Shown in pieces: positions 13,518 through 26,424 of a DNA stretch of 64,000 nt. How positions within the stretch are numbered: position 1 is the first letter of the stretch; every line of letters begins with the position of its first letter. The notes beneath the pieces were generated by a model. It did not search any database. It was not told where the DNA came from and saw only the letters and a program-made list of their open reading frames with translations. Position numbers and translations under genes: made by a program. Source of the DNA: Octopus vulgaris (lineage: Eukaryota); the NCBI GenBank assembly GCA_951406725.2, contig OX597817.1, positions 67,952,001 to 68,016,000 of the forward strand, written 5' to 3'.

Positions 13518-15335
13518 AACACCCCAACATGATGCTAAAGAAATGGCAGAAATACTGCAGAAACAATACTGCTCTGTCTTTAGTGTTCCCACTGATATTG
13601 ACGTAAGAGAAGCGAACGAAGTTGACTCCCAACATAAAATTTCAGACATAACCTTCACTGCCACTGACATCGTAGCAGCAATAAATGAGGTCAAATACTA
13701 CTCTGCTGTAGGCCCTGATAGATTCCCCGCTAGTCTCCTGAAGGAATGTAGACACCAACTTGCAGTCCCTCTGACCAACCTCTGGAGAAATTCGTTAGAC
13801 GCAGGTTATATACCGAAACAGTTTCTATCCCAGTCAGTCATCCCGGTTTTCAAACAGGGAAACAGATCCCTCGCACTCAACTATCGCCCAATCTCACTCA
13901 CCTCCCACATCATTAAAGTGTTTGAAAGAGTGTTAAGAACAAGGATAGCTGACTTCCTGGAGACCCACAAACTCCTAAATGCAAATCAGCATGACTTTCG
14001 CTGTGGCAGGGACTGTCTAACACAGCTCTTACACCACATTGAAGATGTACTCAAAGCCTTGGGAACAGGCTCGAACTCTGACGTCATATATCTTGACTTC
14101 AGTAAAGCGTTCGACAGGGTAGACCATAATATCCTACTCTCAAAATTGGCAAATGTTGGAATCCGTGGAAAAGTTCTACACTGGATTAAGTATTTCCTGG
14201 CGAATAGAACACAACATGTTGTTGATGGAGTCCACTCAAGCCCAGCAAAAGTTACCAGCGGTGTTCCCCAGGGGACTGTCTTGAGTCCGCTACTCTTCAT
14301 AATTTACATAAACGACCTTTCCAGTGTCGTACATTACTGCAAAGTGAAAATATTTGCTGATGACACTAAGCTCCAGCAAATCGTCAATGAAGAAGCAGAC
14401 CGAACTCAACTCCAGTCTGATCTATATGCTGTGAGTCAATGGGCAGACAGAAACAAAATGAAACTGAACGAGGGAAAATTTGAGCTGATGCATTTTGGAA
14501 GAAATTCCTCACTAAAACAGCCATACTCTCTTCCTTCAGGGGAACCGCTCACAGCCTCTAGCAATATTAGAGACCTGGGTGTAATTGTTGATGACGATCT
14601 CAGTTGGAGTGCACACATCAACAAGAAGGTCGATATAACTCGTAGGATGAGTTCCTGGATCTTAAGAACTTTCCGGTCCAGAGAACAAGGTGTCATCATA
14701 CCACTTTTCTCCTCCTTTGTACGGCCACACCTCGAATACTGCTGCCCACTGTGGTCTCCCCATACAAGACAAAACATCTCGAGGATTGAGTCACCCCAGA
14801 GGGCACTCACTAAACGAATTGAAGGCATGGCTGCTCTCGATTATTGGGATCACCTTAAAGCTTTTGAAACTTTACTCTCTCCAGCGTCGCCGTGAGCGGT
14901 ACATCATTTGTACGATGTCGAGAATATACCGCCAACTTTGCCCAAACGACCTGAACATTAGCTTCAAAGTTCATCCAAGACTGGGACCACGGGCCATACG
15001 TCCCCTGCCCAATTCAAGATCACAGCATACATGTACACTGCAACATAATTTATTTTCCTCAACAGGCCCTGCCTTATTTAACATTGTCCCGAAAGAGATC
15101 AAAGAGGAAAAGGATCCCATCAACTTTAAACGGAGTCTGGATAGATTCCTTCAAAGAATACCAGATAAGCCACCCATAATTGGATACAACTCACCCAACA
15201 AGAACTCACTACTTGAATGGACCATAAACAAAACTTGACTTAAACAGGATTCGAATAATCCTATCAGGTGGTACTATTAAGTTAGACATGGCCTGGACCA
15301 ATTTTTGGTCGAAACATATCTAAGTTTATCTGAGT
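13518..15335 (+). mobile_element. 5'-truncated CR1-group LINE: RT ORF2 remnant with frameshift and 3' UTR
   Basis: ORF 13543-14895 has NYRPISLTS, YLDFSKAFDRVDH, GVPQGTVLSPLLF, FADDTK and RPHLEYC. It shifts frame near 14860 into LYSLQRRRERY...stop 15238. No endonuclease domain is present, and (TA)n follows. Confidence 0.95.
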
Positions 15336-15339
15336 TTTA

Positions 15340-15400
<61 letters not shown>

Positions 15401-15401
15401 C

Positions 15402-15451
<50 letters not shown>

Positions 15452-15594
15452 GTATGTATTTCAGGATTAAATAAAAAGATGACAACAGACGGAAAATATG
15501 ACATACCTACATATATATAATTAAGAAAAACGTGTAGTAAATAAACAAACGAGCATATACTAAATACACTGACGAACAGAAAACACAGACGGTC

Positions 15595-15660
15595 ACTAAC
15601 TCTTCATCAGTTGTCGGCCAGAGGGTCAAATACAATTTCAGCCATTATCGATAATATTGC
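15595..15660 (-). ncRNA. Candidate permuted hammerhead ribozyme, copy 2
   Basis: Minus strand reads GCAAT-A-TTATCG-AT-AATGGCT-GAA-ATTGT...CGACAA-CTGATGA-AGAGTTAGT; same order and spacing as copy 1. Confidence 0.5.
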
Positions 15661-16439
15661 TTCTAATCTGGAGGCAACGGCAAGTAACTTGCCGCGAATG
15701 GGGCCAAAATATAACGAAACGAAACGGTCTAGAAACGAGACCGTTTGTGGGTGGACGATACACAGAATAAAGGCTTAGACAGTGGTGGCTCGTAGATAAA
15801 ATTAGTTGGGGTGCTGCTTCAGAAAATTTTTAACCGTTGTTTTAATATTGTGTAAAAGGAAACAAACATAAAAAGAATATTTATACATAAATTTAATCGG
15901 TTCGCGTTTTAGCCATTACCGGGTAGTGTGTTTAATTTGTTCGCTGAACACCGCAGAGAATCCACCCTTGTTTTTCAAAAATCCCCACTAAATCACAAAT
16001 TAAATGGGGTTGGGATCTGCCCCATTTTTCAAATCCTGGCAGCAACACTGAAGCTGGAAAAAGGATAATAATCCTATTCTACACTTTATCACATTCAGGA
16101 ATATAAACAAGTTTTTAAGCACAACACGCGGAGTCAAAAAGAAATACTACCTTTCACCGGCACTACGTGAATGACAGCGTTGTCTTTTCCTAATTTGAAG
16201 TTTCCTATCTCGAACATGTGAGCATGCGCACAACAGCCAAACACTGCGTCGCTGGAACTGTGAAACACACAGTTCTATACAAGGATTTTCTTTTTTTTTT
16301 TTTTTTCATAAATTAAAGGATGCTTAACGATTATATAATGTACAAGTATAAGGAAAAGATTAAAGAAAGGACTCATTATATTAAATGTTATCGATATTAT
16401 TGAGTGGAAATAGGGGGCGGGGTGTAGTTCCGCAGTGCC

Positions 16440-16627
16440 TATATACGAGCCTTCTTTGTGCTTGCAAGAAGTTGGACCCGATGTTGGAGTCGACTTTGCT
16501 CAAAGCTTTGAACTGAGAAGAAGCAGGACTGGCGCCAGTCCAGTGTTCTGATGCTTTCTTTTACCCAGGATGAAAAAGGAATGTTGCATCGCTTCAGAGT
16601 GTCTTTTAGTTTGTCTTTGAAGCGCAA
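16440..16627 (-). mobile_element. RTE-clade LINE C-terminal fragment
   Basis: RFKDKLKDTLKRCNI...W...DWRQ resembles the RTE C-terminal RFKDxLKxxLKxCxI...W...WR motif. Confidence 0.7.
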
Positions 16628-17029
16628 GAGAGATAAACCGAGGGTGTGAAAGAGAGAGATGGAGACGTATAAACAATTGATGAAATATCAAGTGTATGTC
16701 ATAAATTAGTATATATATATATACATATAGTTTATTTTTTCTCTTTTATTTGAGAATTTAATGTGTATAATTGGTAATGAACATTATAATACAACCACAT
16801 GTAATTAAACATTGAAGCAACACAATATGTTCGAACAGGTATAAGAAAATTGTTTTTTTTTTGCCATCATCCATCATATTTGCACGTGCCACCATTTACC
16901 TTCTGTTTTGACATCCAGACTACACTTAACAAAACTGCATCTTATTGCTACCGTTAAATGATAAGTTACAAATACACACACATACATTCACGCACTAATT
17001 GGTGTGTGTGTGCGTGCGTGTGCGCGTGT

Positions 17030-17066
<37 letters not shown>

Positions 17067-19299
17067 CGTGCGAGTGTGTGCGCGCGCGTGCGTGCGTTGT
17101 TCGTATTCATCTTTGAGTGAATGTATTTGCGCATGTGTGCGCCTACGTTTGATGTAAAAGTAAAAAAAAAAATATCTATGGTAATCCCCCGATTTAGGCA
17201 GCAATCAGTTCAACTTACAAAAGCCAGCCAACGAGGTATCTTCTATGTGATCATTCGACCTCCTAGAAATAGCAGTCAGTTCTTCATTAATGATATCCTA
17301 CAAATTTTGAAAAAAAAAAAAGAGCTGTTTTATGAAGTAGTCTTCGAACAGCTGGGGAATCCCAGATAAACAATAAATTGTGTGATTCTAACATAAATGA
17401 CTTTGATCTTACGTCTTTAGGATGAACGACAATTATCGTTTCGGCAACAGCAGTAGCAACTGTTTACTTATAAAGAGTCAATATTAGTCGTAGTTTTATC
17501 TCATTATAACAGACCTAATTTTGCGATTTTTAGCCATTTCTACATTGCTTTTTATCGTATTCCAATTTAGCTTTTATCTCAGGAACATGTTTTTATCTTC
17601 AACAACTTATGTCGGATACTATAACATGCCATAAGATGTAATAAATTAATTTGGTAAATATATGATTTTAATAAGAGTAATTAATCTTCAACGATAACAT
17701 AGCAATTGGCTTACAAATCCGCCCAGTACTCGTATTCAAGTTAGTGCAAGCGTATTTAATAAAGAGAACATTAAAAGCCTTACTGCAAATAATTACACGT
17801 GTAGGCAAAAATATATGTATCTAAAACATATTTCGCTAAGAAAGAGACCACAAACCTAGACATGTTTCGGTCATATTATGAGCTTATAAACGAAGTAAAG
17901 GCAACACTGTACTTGTCAAAGTAGAATCGATAAGGTTTAGCAGTGGCATAGTGATCGAAAGACGTAGATTGGAGGAGAATTTGTTTGACTGACTAGAAGA
18001 GGTAATTTAGAGAGAGGTATTGTCAATGGAGTACTAGCGTCGAAAATGGTACTCGACCATTTCTTTGAAGTGAAGGTAAAGCTTACTAAATTGTAAATGA
18101 ATACCTTATGGGTTTGGTGAATGAGGTGAACAGGGATGAAGAGCGTAATGTGCCGATTGAGAACACAAACGTAGATTATGTAGAATACTGGGATGCTGTA
18201 ACGATATACAACCAGTGAATAAAAAGAACCATGCAAACAATCTACGAACGGATATAATGTAGGGTGGGTAACACAGAATTCACCCTGTATTTAATGAGAG
18301 TTCTTTTTTTTTTTTAATTCACTAATGGAAGGTTTTGGAGCTTAAATATCTACCCCGTTTATCTTGGGGTAGAAAAATATGGTTTTTCCTAATATATTTT
18401 ACATGCATTTTAAAAACTTTATTTATTTGTGTTTTAGCATGACTTGTTATTCTGGGACAGCGATATGAGGTTCTAGCCACAATTGAGGTCGCAGTAAACA
18501 CGCCCATAAGAAAAATAAAAGAAAAAACAGAAAGGAATAGTTAAGACAACAAGCTCATACAGACATTTGCGCCTTAAAAATTTACAGAAAAGATGCCAAT
18601 TCTACAAATGAAAATACTTGTAAATACAGATCTTCAAATTGTAAGACATAAGTAATAACAGAAGCATTAATCACAGCTTTGCTAGTGTTGAGATTAAGGA
18701 GGCGTTGACATTGGTTAGTTCCTGCAAAAGAAAAAATGTGAGGAAGGTATATCACACGCAAAAACAAAAAGCATGAGAAACTGTGCCTTTTTGACTGAGG
18801 ACTTCAAAGAAGAAAAAGCAAAGCGGGAAATGACAAAACCCCAATACTTGACTATTTTATCGAAATAACATTATAAACCTTTGGAAAAAGCAATGCTCTG
18901 GGACCTACAGTATTTATTGATTTCATGTCACAGTATACATAAGCTCATGGACCAATTGGGCCTTCAAGCAACAGGCCAGAGTGTTCATACCTTAAAACGG
19001 AACTGCTCGGAGGGATGAATGGTAAAATTGATCCCGGCAAGGTTTGAACCACAGAAGCTGGAACTCTTACTGAGAGGCATTTATTGAATGATTCTGCCAA
19101 CTAAACCTCACACCGATTACACGCAATACAGTTTCAATACCACTTTTTTTTTTCACGTTCTGAATTCATACATCGCAGTTGGGATAAAGGTCGAAGTTAT
19201 TAAAAGATCACATTTTGGCACAAGGGTTTAAGTCAATTAAATCGACTCCAGTATTCAAGAAGTATTTATCTTATCGAACTCGAAAGGCAAAGTCGACCC

Positions 19300-19495
19300 T
19301 GTATGTATGTATGTATGTATGTATGTATGTATGTATGTATGTATGTATGTATGTATGTATGTATGTATGTATGTATGTATGTATGTGTATGTATGTGTAT
19401 GTATGTATGTATGTATGTATGTATGTATTTATGTATGTATGTATGTATGTATGTATGTATGTATGTATGTACGTATGTATGTATATGTATATGTA
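19300..19495. repeat. (TATG)n microsatellite
   Basis: Direct inspection. Confidence 0.95.
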
Positions 19496-19720
19496 TTATT
19501 AGATCTCATCAGCATTGTAGAATCTAACCAATATTGTCCTCATCAGTTGACTTACATTTTTACATACAGAAAAATAGTTACGAATAATTTTTCACCTAAA
19601 CAATTTATATAATAAAATATGGACTGAAGAGAGATTTCAGAAATGCTTTAAGCATTCTTTTGTGAACGGCATTCGACGCATCATCCCTTAACATTTAATT
19701 TGTATTATTCCAGTTATTTA

Positions 19721-19934
19721 AGGCAGCGAGCTGGCAGAATCGTCAGCATGCCGGGCGAAATGCTTAGCGATATTTCGTCTGCGTTACGTTGTGAGTTCAA
19801 ATTCCGCCGAGGTCGACTTTGCCTTTCATCCTTTCGGGATCGATAAATTAAGTACAAGTTACGCACTGGAGTCGATGTAATCGACTCGTCTCCTCTCCCA
19901 AAACTTCAGGCTTTGTGCTTATAATAGAAAGGAA
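19721..19934 (+). mobile_element. Family A SINE with 14-bp TSD
   Basis: Full head and body; TATTCCAGTTATTT on both sides. Confidence 0.9.
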
Positions 19935-20636
19935 TATTCCAGTTATTTTCCGTTTGCACATTTTATTTTTAGTTATGCAAATTATTCTGGCCAAAAGTTA
20001 TACGTAACAATTTTTGGACTTATAAACTGTGTCAACTAATCGCTTGCCTTAGTTAGAATGAATTAATCTGATGAGGTCAACCTGATAGAAACATGTCCAT
20101 AGTTATTTCTTTTCTGTAGACAAAGGTAAGATTTTCTTGCCTTTAAGTATGTAGTTTCTCCCTTTTCCCCCGAGAATGGCCGATCACAAGACTTTGTTTT
20201 TTCTTTCTTTCTGTAACTTAAAAAAAAAAATTCGATTACTTAAGAATGTATTTAAACCTACATTCATATAATTTCTTAACAGCAGCTTGAACGCGAGAAA
20301 CGTTAACGACTCTCAATAATTCACAGAGAGTAATCGTTCGGTAACAACCTCAACCCCTACTCCGTAATCCTACCTCATAATCCTCTCATCTACATCTTCC
20401 ATTCCATCTCACCCTACACAAAAAAAAAAAAAACTCTCGAAAGAATGAAGGAAGGAAGAAAGTATTAAATGCGAGTTTAAAATTTTAAAATGTGTGCATA
20501 TCTGTTTCAAAATGTGTATTCGGTAAAACTTATCATATACACATGTGAATATATATGAATATGAATATGTATGTATATATCTGTGTGTTCCTTATGTGTG
20601 TATGTGTATGTGTGTGTGTGCGTGCGTGTGTTCATG

Positions 20637-20677
<41 letters not shown>

Positions 20678-21562
20678 GAGTGTTTTCGTTATCATCCAGT
20701 CGTTAGATAGACTATCTTTTAGGTTTTTATTGCACCAGTAAAATATTATCGGTAAGGTTTTATGGAAGGGATATATTACACACACACGCACTCAGACATA
20801 TGCATGCATGCATACATACATACATACATACATACATACATACATACATACATACATACATACATACATACATACATACATACATGCACAGAAGACACGC
20901 ACAGACATACACACATGCAAAGAAAATAACCAGAACCAAAGTAGGTTTACCTAACCACTTAAAATGATTAAGGTGTGGTGGGGCAATAAGTTGTGACAGG
21001 AAGCCTCGAGAGAATATACAACGATGAAAAGATAAAATACCCACCCACACACACATTCACAACAATGAAAAAGCCAGAAAATATGTCATAGAGTCAAAAT
21101 GGACAGTTACCAATTCTGATATTGTTGTTGTTGTTGTTGTTGGCGTTGTTATTTAGTTCACGATTAGCTCTGATCAAAAGGTCCCATAGATTACTATAGT
21201 CATATATTTATACATATCTTTTTAATTTTCCAGACAGTGTTTCTAGAGCTACGTATGTAAAATATCGTTTTCTCTTTTCGAAGATTTAGGTAGGGTACAA
21301 TATGAAGGAAATTCGGTTTCTATTTTTAGCTAGTTGAATGATGGTTCTTCTATGAAGTTCTAATGACCCCCATAGGCGTCAACTTTCGACGCAGATGCAC
21401 CGTTTATTTACTAACTATTTCGCTACAAGGCGAACATTTTATCCATTGGAACCAGCGAGATAGAATATTTATCTGCTGGAAGGAAACAAAGAGCGAACAT
21501 TTACACGATCGCTTTAACAAATAAAAACAGCGCAAATATTTCTCTATTATACGTTACTACCT

Positions 21563-21775
21563 TGGCGGCGAGCTGGCAGAATCGTTAGCACGCCGGGGAA
21601 AATACTCTGCGGTATTTCATCCGTCTTTACATTCTAAGTTCAAATTCTGCCGTGGTCGACTTTGCCTTTCATCCCTCTGGAGTCGATAAAGTAAGTACCA
21701 TTCGAACACTAGGGTCGATGTAATCGACTTATCTTCCCTCCTAGAATTGCTGGCCTTATGCCAAAATGTGAAATC
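21563..21775 (+). mobile_element. Family A SINE
   Basis: ggcggcgagctggcagaatcgttagcacgccggg head and body. Confidence 0.88.
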
Positions 21776-22186
21776 ACTATACTTTGCTGTCTCAAAAAAA
21801 TAAAGAGAAAAGGAGGGCATGTTGGGTAATTTAATTATGAGATTCCTTTCTCTTAAAAACAAAACGGTTAGGGGACTGTCAAAGGCTTAGAACCCATAAC
21901 GTTGGAGCTTTAGCTGGTTTTACATGACTTAAAAGTGACTGAGATTCCCTCTCGCCGTTCCGTTGCAAATACTTGAGTCAGCGGTGACGTATTTTAATGC
22001 GCTGAGCATAAAAGAACAAAAGATTGATTATGCGGTGAGACAACCAAGGAAGATGCAAAGCTTATTAGACATTCTCAACTGACCTTAAGACTTCATTGTC
22101 CATGCCAAAGTAATGATGGAAGAATTGCTACTATTTTTCCTGGTGTGCAAGATGCCTCGATATCGAAGGCGCAGCTTCAACATTGG

Positions 22187-22378
22187 TTTCAATTTTTGGC
22201 ATAAGGGTAGCAATTTCGAGAAAGGTTTCAGTCGATTACGTCGACTTATTTTATCGACTCCGTAAGGAAGAAAAGCAAAGTTGAACTCGGCGGAATTTGA
22301 ACTCAGAATATAAAATCGGACGAAATGCCGCTAAGCATTTTGCCCGGCGTGCTAGCTATTCTACTAGCTCACCACCTT
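22187..22378 (-). mobile_element. Family A SINE
   Basis: cggcggaatttgaactcagaa...gcccggcgtgcta. Confidence 0.85.
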
Positions 22379-24671
22379 AGACGCAACCTCAATATTAGTT
22401 TGAAATTTTTGAGAGAAATAAAAATGTGGCTTTAGTACTTTTGCCTTATTTTTACCAAGATATTTTGTCGGTGGCTTAACGAAATATGATAGATCCTGTT
22501 GATCACTTTTACTCGGCATTTTTCTCTTTTGATTATATTGTATGGCGATACGGTAAGTTTAGCATGGATAACACTTCTCCGGAGATTAAAACTGACTTAT
22601 GTAAAATGTCCGCTAGGACAGTGGACTCTCAAACTACCAAATATAAGCCCGCCCACAATCAAGCATTCTTTAAATTTTTCGCCGCGTCTATTTTTGAAAA
22701 AGTTAAATATTTTGCATCTATATAATTCTTCTCTCTTTACTGCCTCTCCAAGAACTATGAAATTTACGTTTCGCTGAGGAGATGTAAAGTGAATGAGACT
22801 TCTCCGAGCTGCTTCCTGTTCTTGTCTAACTAATAATATAAAATTAATTATAGAGCTAAATGTTGGATAAGTTTTAAAAAGTCTAAAACCACTTTGAAAG
22901 AAAATTATGTCCCCTACGGAATGAAATACCGTTTGTAGATTTACAATACTATGCACGAATAGTTTCAAATCTGGTATATTTAAAAGAAAAAAATGTTTCT
23001 TTCTCTTAGTCTATTTAATATGTCAGACTTCGTACCTATTCGTGCTTTTTCTTATCAGGAGGGAAGGCTAAGTGGTGGGGAAATGCTGTCAACAAATCGA
23101 AGACCTTGTAGCAACACTCGAACCCGAGACGTCACATTACGGACTTCAAGCCACGACATTGCTCAACTCTTTCACATGTAAGGTCAAACTATCAGTCAAT
23201 CAACGACCGGTTTTCACGTGATAGTTTCTCCGGCTCCTTCTAAACTGTTCTCGGCAATAAGCCTATAAACAGAGTCTATTTTAAGCGCCAGTCAGTAGAG
23301 TGTTGTAGACGTCCGGGTAGAATGTCGTCTCCACTCTCGACAAGCTGAAGTGTTCACGAACTAGTGGTCCGATATACACATTCCCTCTTACATTTTTGTT
23401 TTAACGACTGCATGCTCACCTTGATATATGTTATATGTTGGCAGATATGAAGCGAAGAGTATATGCGTTCCTGTGTTTAATCCACCCTCTGTGCTAAGCT
23501 TCGTATTCAACTACCATGCATGTTGCAATGTTTCTTAGACCTTGTAATAGAGTGGACACCCTAACAGCCAGATAGTGGAGTTAAACCAGGAGATGGAGAG
23601 TTAAAGTCTTCTTCCCAAGTAGGCCATGGTGGTATTTGCACTCAGAACCTAAAGAGCTGAAACAAATACTGCAAGACATCTAGCTTGACGTTCTTACTGT
23701 TCCCCTAATTCTCTGTTCTGGACGTATTTATTTTATCGACCCCAAAAGTATGAAAGACACAGTTGTACATCTATTTGTATATTCTCTCATTACTATTTTG
23801 ACAAATACGGTAATTTTGTGTTTCGCTGAGTAGGTCTAATAAGAACGATATATGTCCAGAGTTGTCTCCCGTTCTTGCTAAATTATTAGAATAATGTTAT
23901 TTTCATCGAGTTAATGCTACATTTTCATTACCACATTATTTTAAAAAATTATCTTTTTACGATTGCTGCTTTAAATGTGTTAATGTTAACGAATACAGCT
24001 AATTTCACTTTCTGTAGGAGTGGTGATATACATTTGTTAAATCGTCCAATGCTAACAACATCAGCAAACAAAAATATTACATTATCAAAATATTCGGGTG
24101 TAACTAAAGAATGGAAAGACTATTGTTATTTGATTGTCATATTCACTAGACTATCAGCCAAGTCAATCCTTCTCTCAACACTCAGAGGTACATAAGGGTC
24201 AGCGATTAACTTAATGTTTCTATAGTTCTATGTAATAATATATATAGATATAATCTTTTTATCACTCTAATTCTATCACAACACTACACCGCCTTCACTT
24301 CACTATGACACACTACCGGATAGTCAGACATTTGAAAAGGGAGTTGGGGTGGAAGATAACCATGTTACAACACCACCCACGATGCTGAAATACTGGAGAG
24401 AATTCAAGATAATCCCGTCAACACACAACTACCCATTTCTATACGCGAGCCAATGAATGAACCTCTACGTAGACCCTCGAAGTGCTAGAAATAGCAAACA
24501 AATTCCTTCAAATTATAATCTGTCTAAAAAAAAGGACATATTTTATACAGTCCTTTTGCATACACGAAAAGACTGAATGAATACCTTTGACCATAAGTCT
24601 TCTCAATCATGATTTTACTTGGGGTTAAACGACAATATTAATATACCATTAGGCACCACCACACATATACT

Positions 24672-24972
24672 ACTCTGTCGGTTACGACGGCGAGAGTTTT
24701 GGTTGATTCGATCAACCGAACAACCTGCTCATGAAATTAATGTGCAAGTGGCTGAGCACTCCACAGAAACACGTACTCTTGAGATAGTCCTCAAGGAGAC
24801 TCAGCGCGACACAGAATGTGAAAAGGCCGGCTCTTTTGAATTACAGACACACCTTATTTATGCTAGCTAAGTAGACTAAAGCAACGTGAACACAATGCAT
24901 CGCCGAATATCGAACTCACAGCCTTACGATCATGAGCCGAAAACCCTAACCACTAAGCCACGCGCTTTCACT
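24672..24972 (-). mobile_element. tRNA-derived SINE family C
   Basis: Minus-strand head gtgaaagcgcgtggcttagtggttagggt...gagttcgat carries A and B boxes; a degenerate copy lies at about 8270-8430. Confidence 0.78.
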
Positions 24973-25667
24973 TCCCACACATATACATCATTGCACACAA
25001 TAGCACATCATTAGATACCGGTATACTGGTATACACATAATGAAACGCTACCACACTTCATATACATACACATCATTACACACAAAGCGTACTGAAAACA
25101 CAAGCAGATGGCTGATCCCATTACTGGTTAAGTGGTGATGATAGAAAGTCAGATAAAATAATTACGGAATCTGAAACCTAGGTATGTTGTTTTAAACTAG
25201 AAATTGTTTTGAAAAAGGATTTTTACCTGACGGATTGGGCAAGTCACAGATAATCAGAGAGAAGCGTATGTGAGAAGGCAGATAACGTATCAGAACTTTT
25301 GAAGTATGAACTGAAAGGTTAAATAGTTCAGAGAATATATAAGAAACATAAGAGGAACATTGTTAAGGTAAAGTATTAACAATACGATACATAACGACGA
25401 CTGATAAATTAACAAAAGACAGTATTGCAGAACAAAGAAATAAGAAAGGTGTGGTCTTTTCACAAAACCACAAGTTGGTATTGGAAACTCACTATCGAAT
25501 TTCTTGTCAGAATTACCACTAGTAAGGTCGGCAGGCTGACAGAATCGTTAGCACTCCGCACAAAATGCTTTGCGGCATTTCATCCGTCTTTACATTCTGA
25601 GTTCAAATTTCACCGAGTTAACTTTGCCTTTCATCTGTTCGGGTCGACAATATAAGTACCGATCGAG

Positions 25668-26313
25668 GGATCTTTTCTGTTTGGTTGCCACTTTTCAATT
25701 TCTTCAGTTTTGTTCTATTCGATTTCACATTTGGTGTGTTGATGTAGTTTTGTATACTAATTATTGAAATGCAATTCATTTTCGCCATAAGTCAATAAAT
25801 AAAGTAACAGTTAATAGCTTTTAAAGTTTGCAAATTTGAGGTAATTCTAGCTAATCGAAAGCTACAGCTATACAAGTGCTTGTTTCCATTGTAACAAGTC
25901 AAGCGTTGGGAACTCTCCAAGTGTGTTTATGATAAATATTTCATTTGTTTACAATTTTTTTCTGCTTTTAAAACTACAAAATGTGTTGTTTACTCTTTAT
26001 TTTTAGCTTTAAATCCATTTTGAATGCCTAAAACTACAAAATATATGTTGCCCACTCGTTTTTTGGTCATTTTCACGCATTAATTCCTTAAAACACGTGC
26101 TATCATTGCAATATCGACATTATTGTTTTGTCGTCTTACAGTTGCAGTCACGCACAAAATGACAGCTTCCAAATCCTGTTTTCTGACTAGGTAAAAATTA
26201 TCTGACTGCAATTTAAAAAAAAATTCTGGAACAATGAAATTCATCATGAAAAATTACATCAAAACACCAAATTTGAAAAATTTCACTTAATTTTAAAATT
26301 TCAGAAAAGATCC
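25668..26313. mobile_element. MITE with GGATCTTTTCTG termini inserted into a family A SINE
   Basis: 12-bp perfect TIR plus subterminal inverted repeat. The SINE begins at ~25525 and resumes at ~26316 (gcactggggg...gtcgatgtaatcgact). Confidence 0.8.
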
Positions 26314-26424
26314 ACGTGCACTGGGGGGGGGGTCGATGTAATCGACTAACCCACCTCTCCCAAAATTATTTACCCTTCCTTCTAACTTGCTGGTTTTCTG
26401 CCAAAATTTGAAACCAATACTAGT

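Noticed and set aside
15780-16050. Possible hAT MITE CAGTG...CACTG
   Set aside because: TIR match is short and there is no 8-bp TSD.
22486-22968. Overlapping ORFs of 79-123 aa
   Set aside because: No domain recognised and no consistent splice structure.
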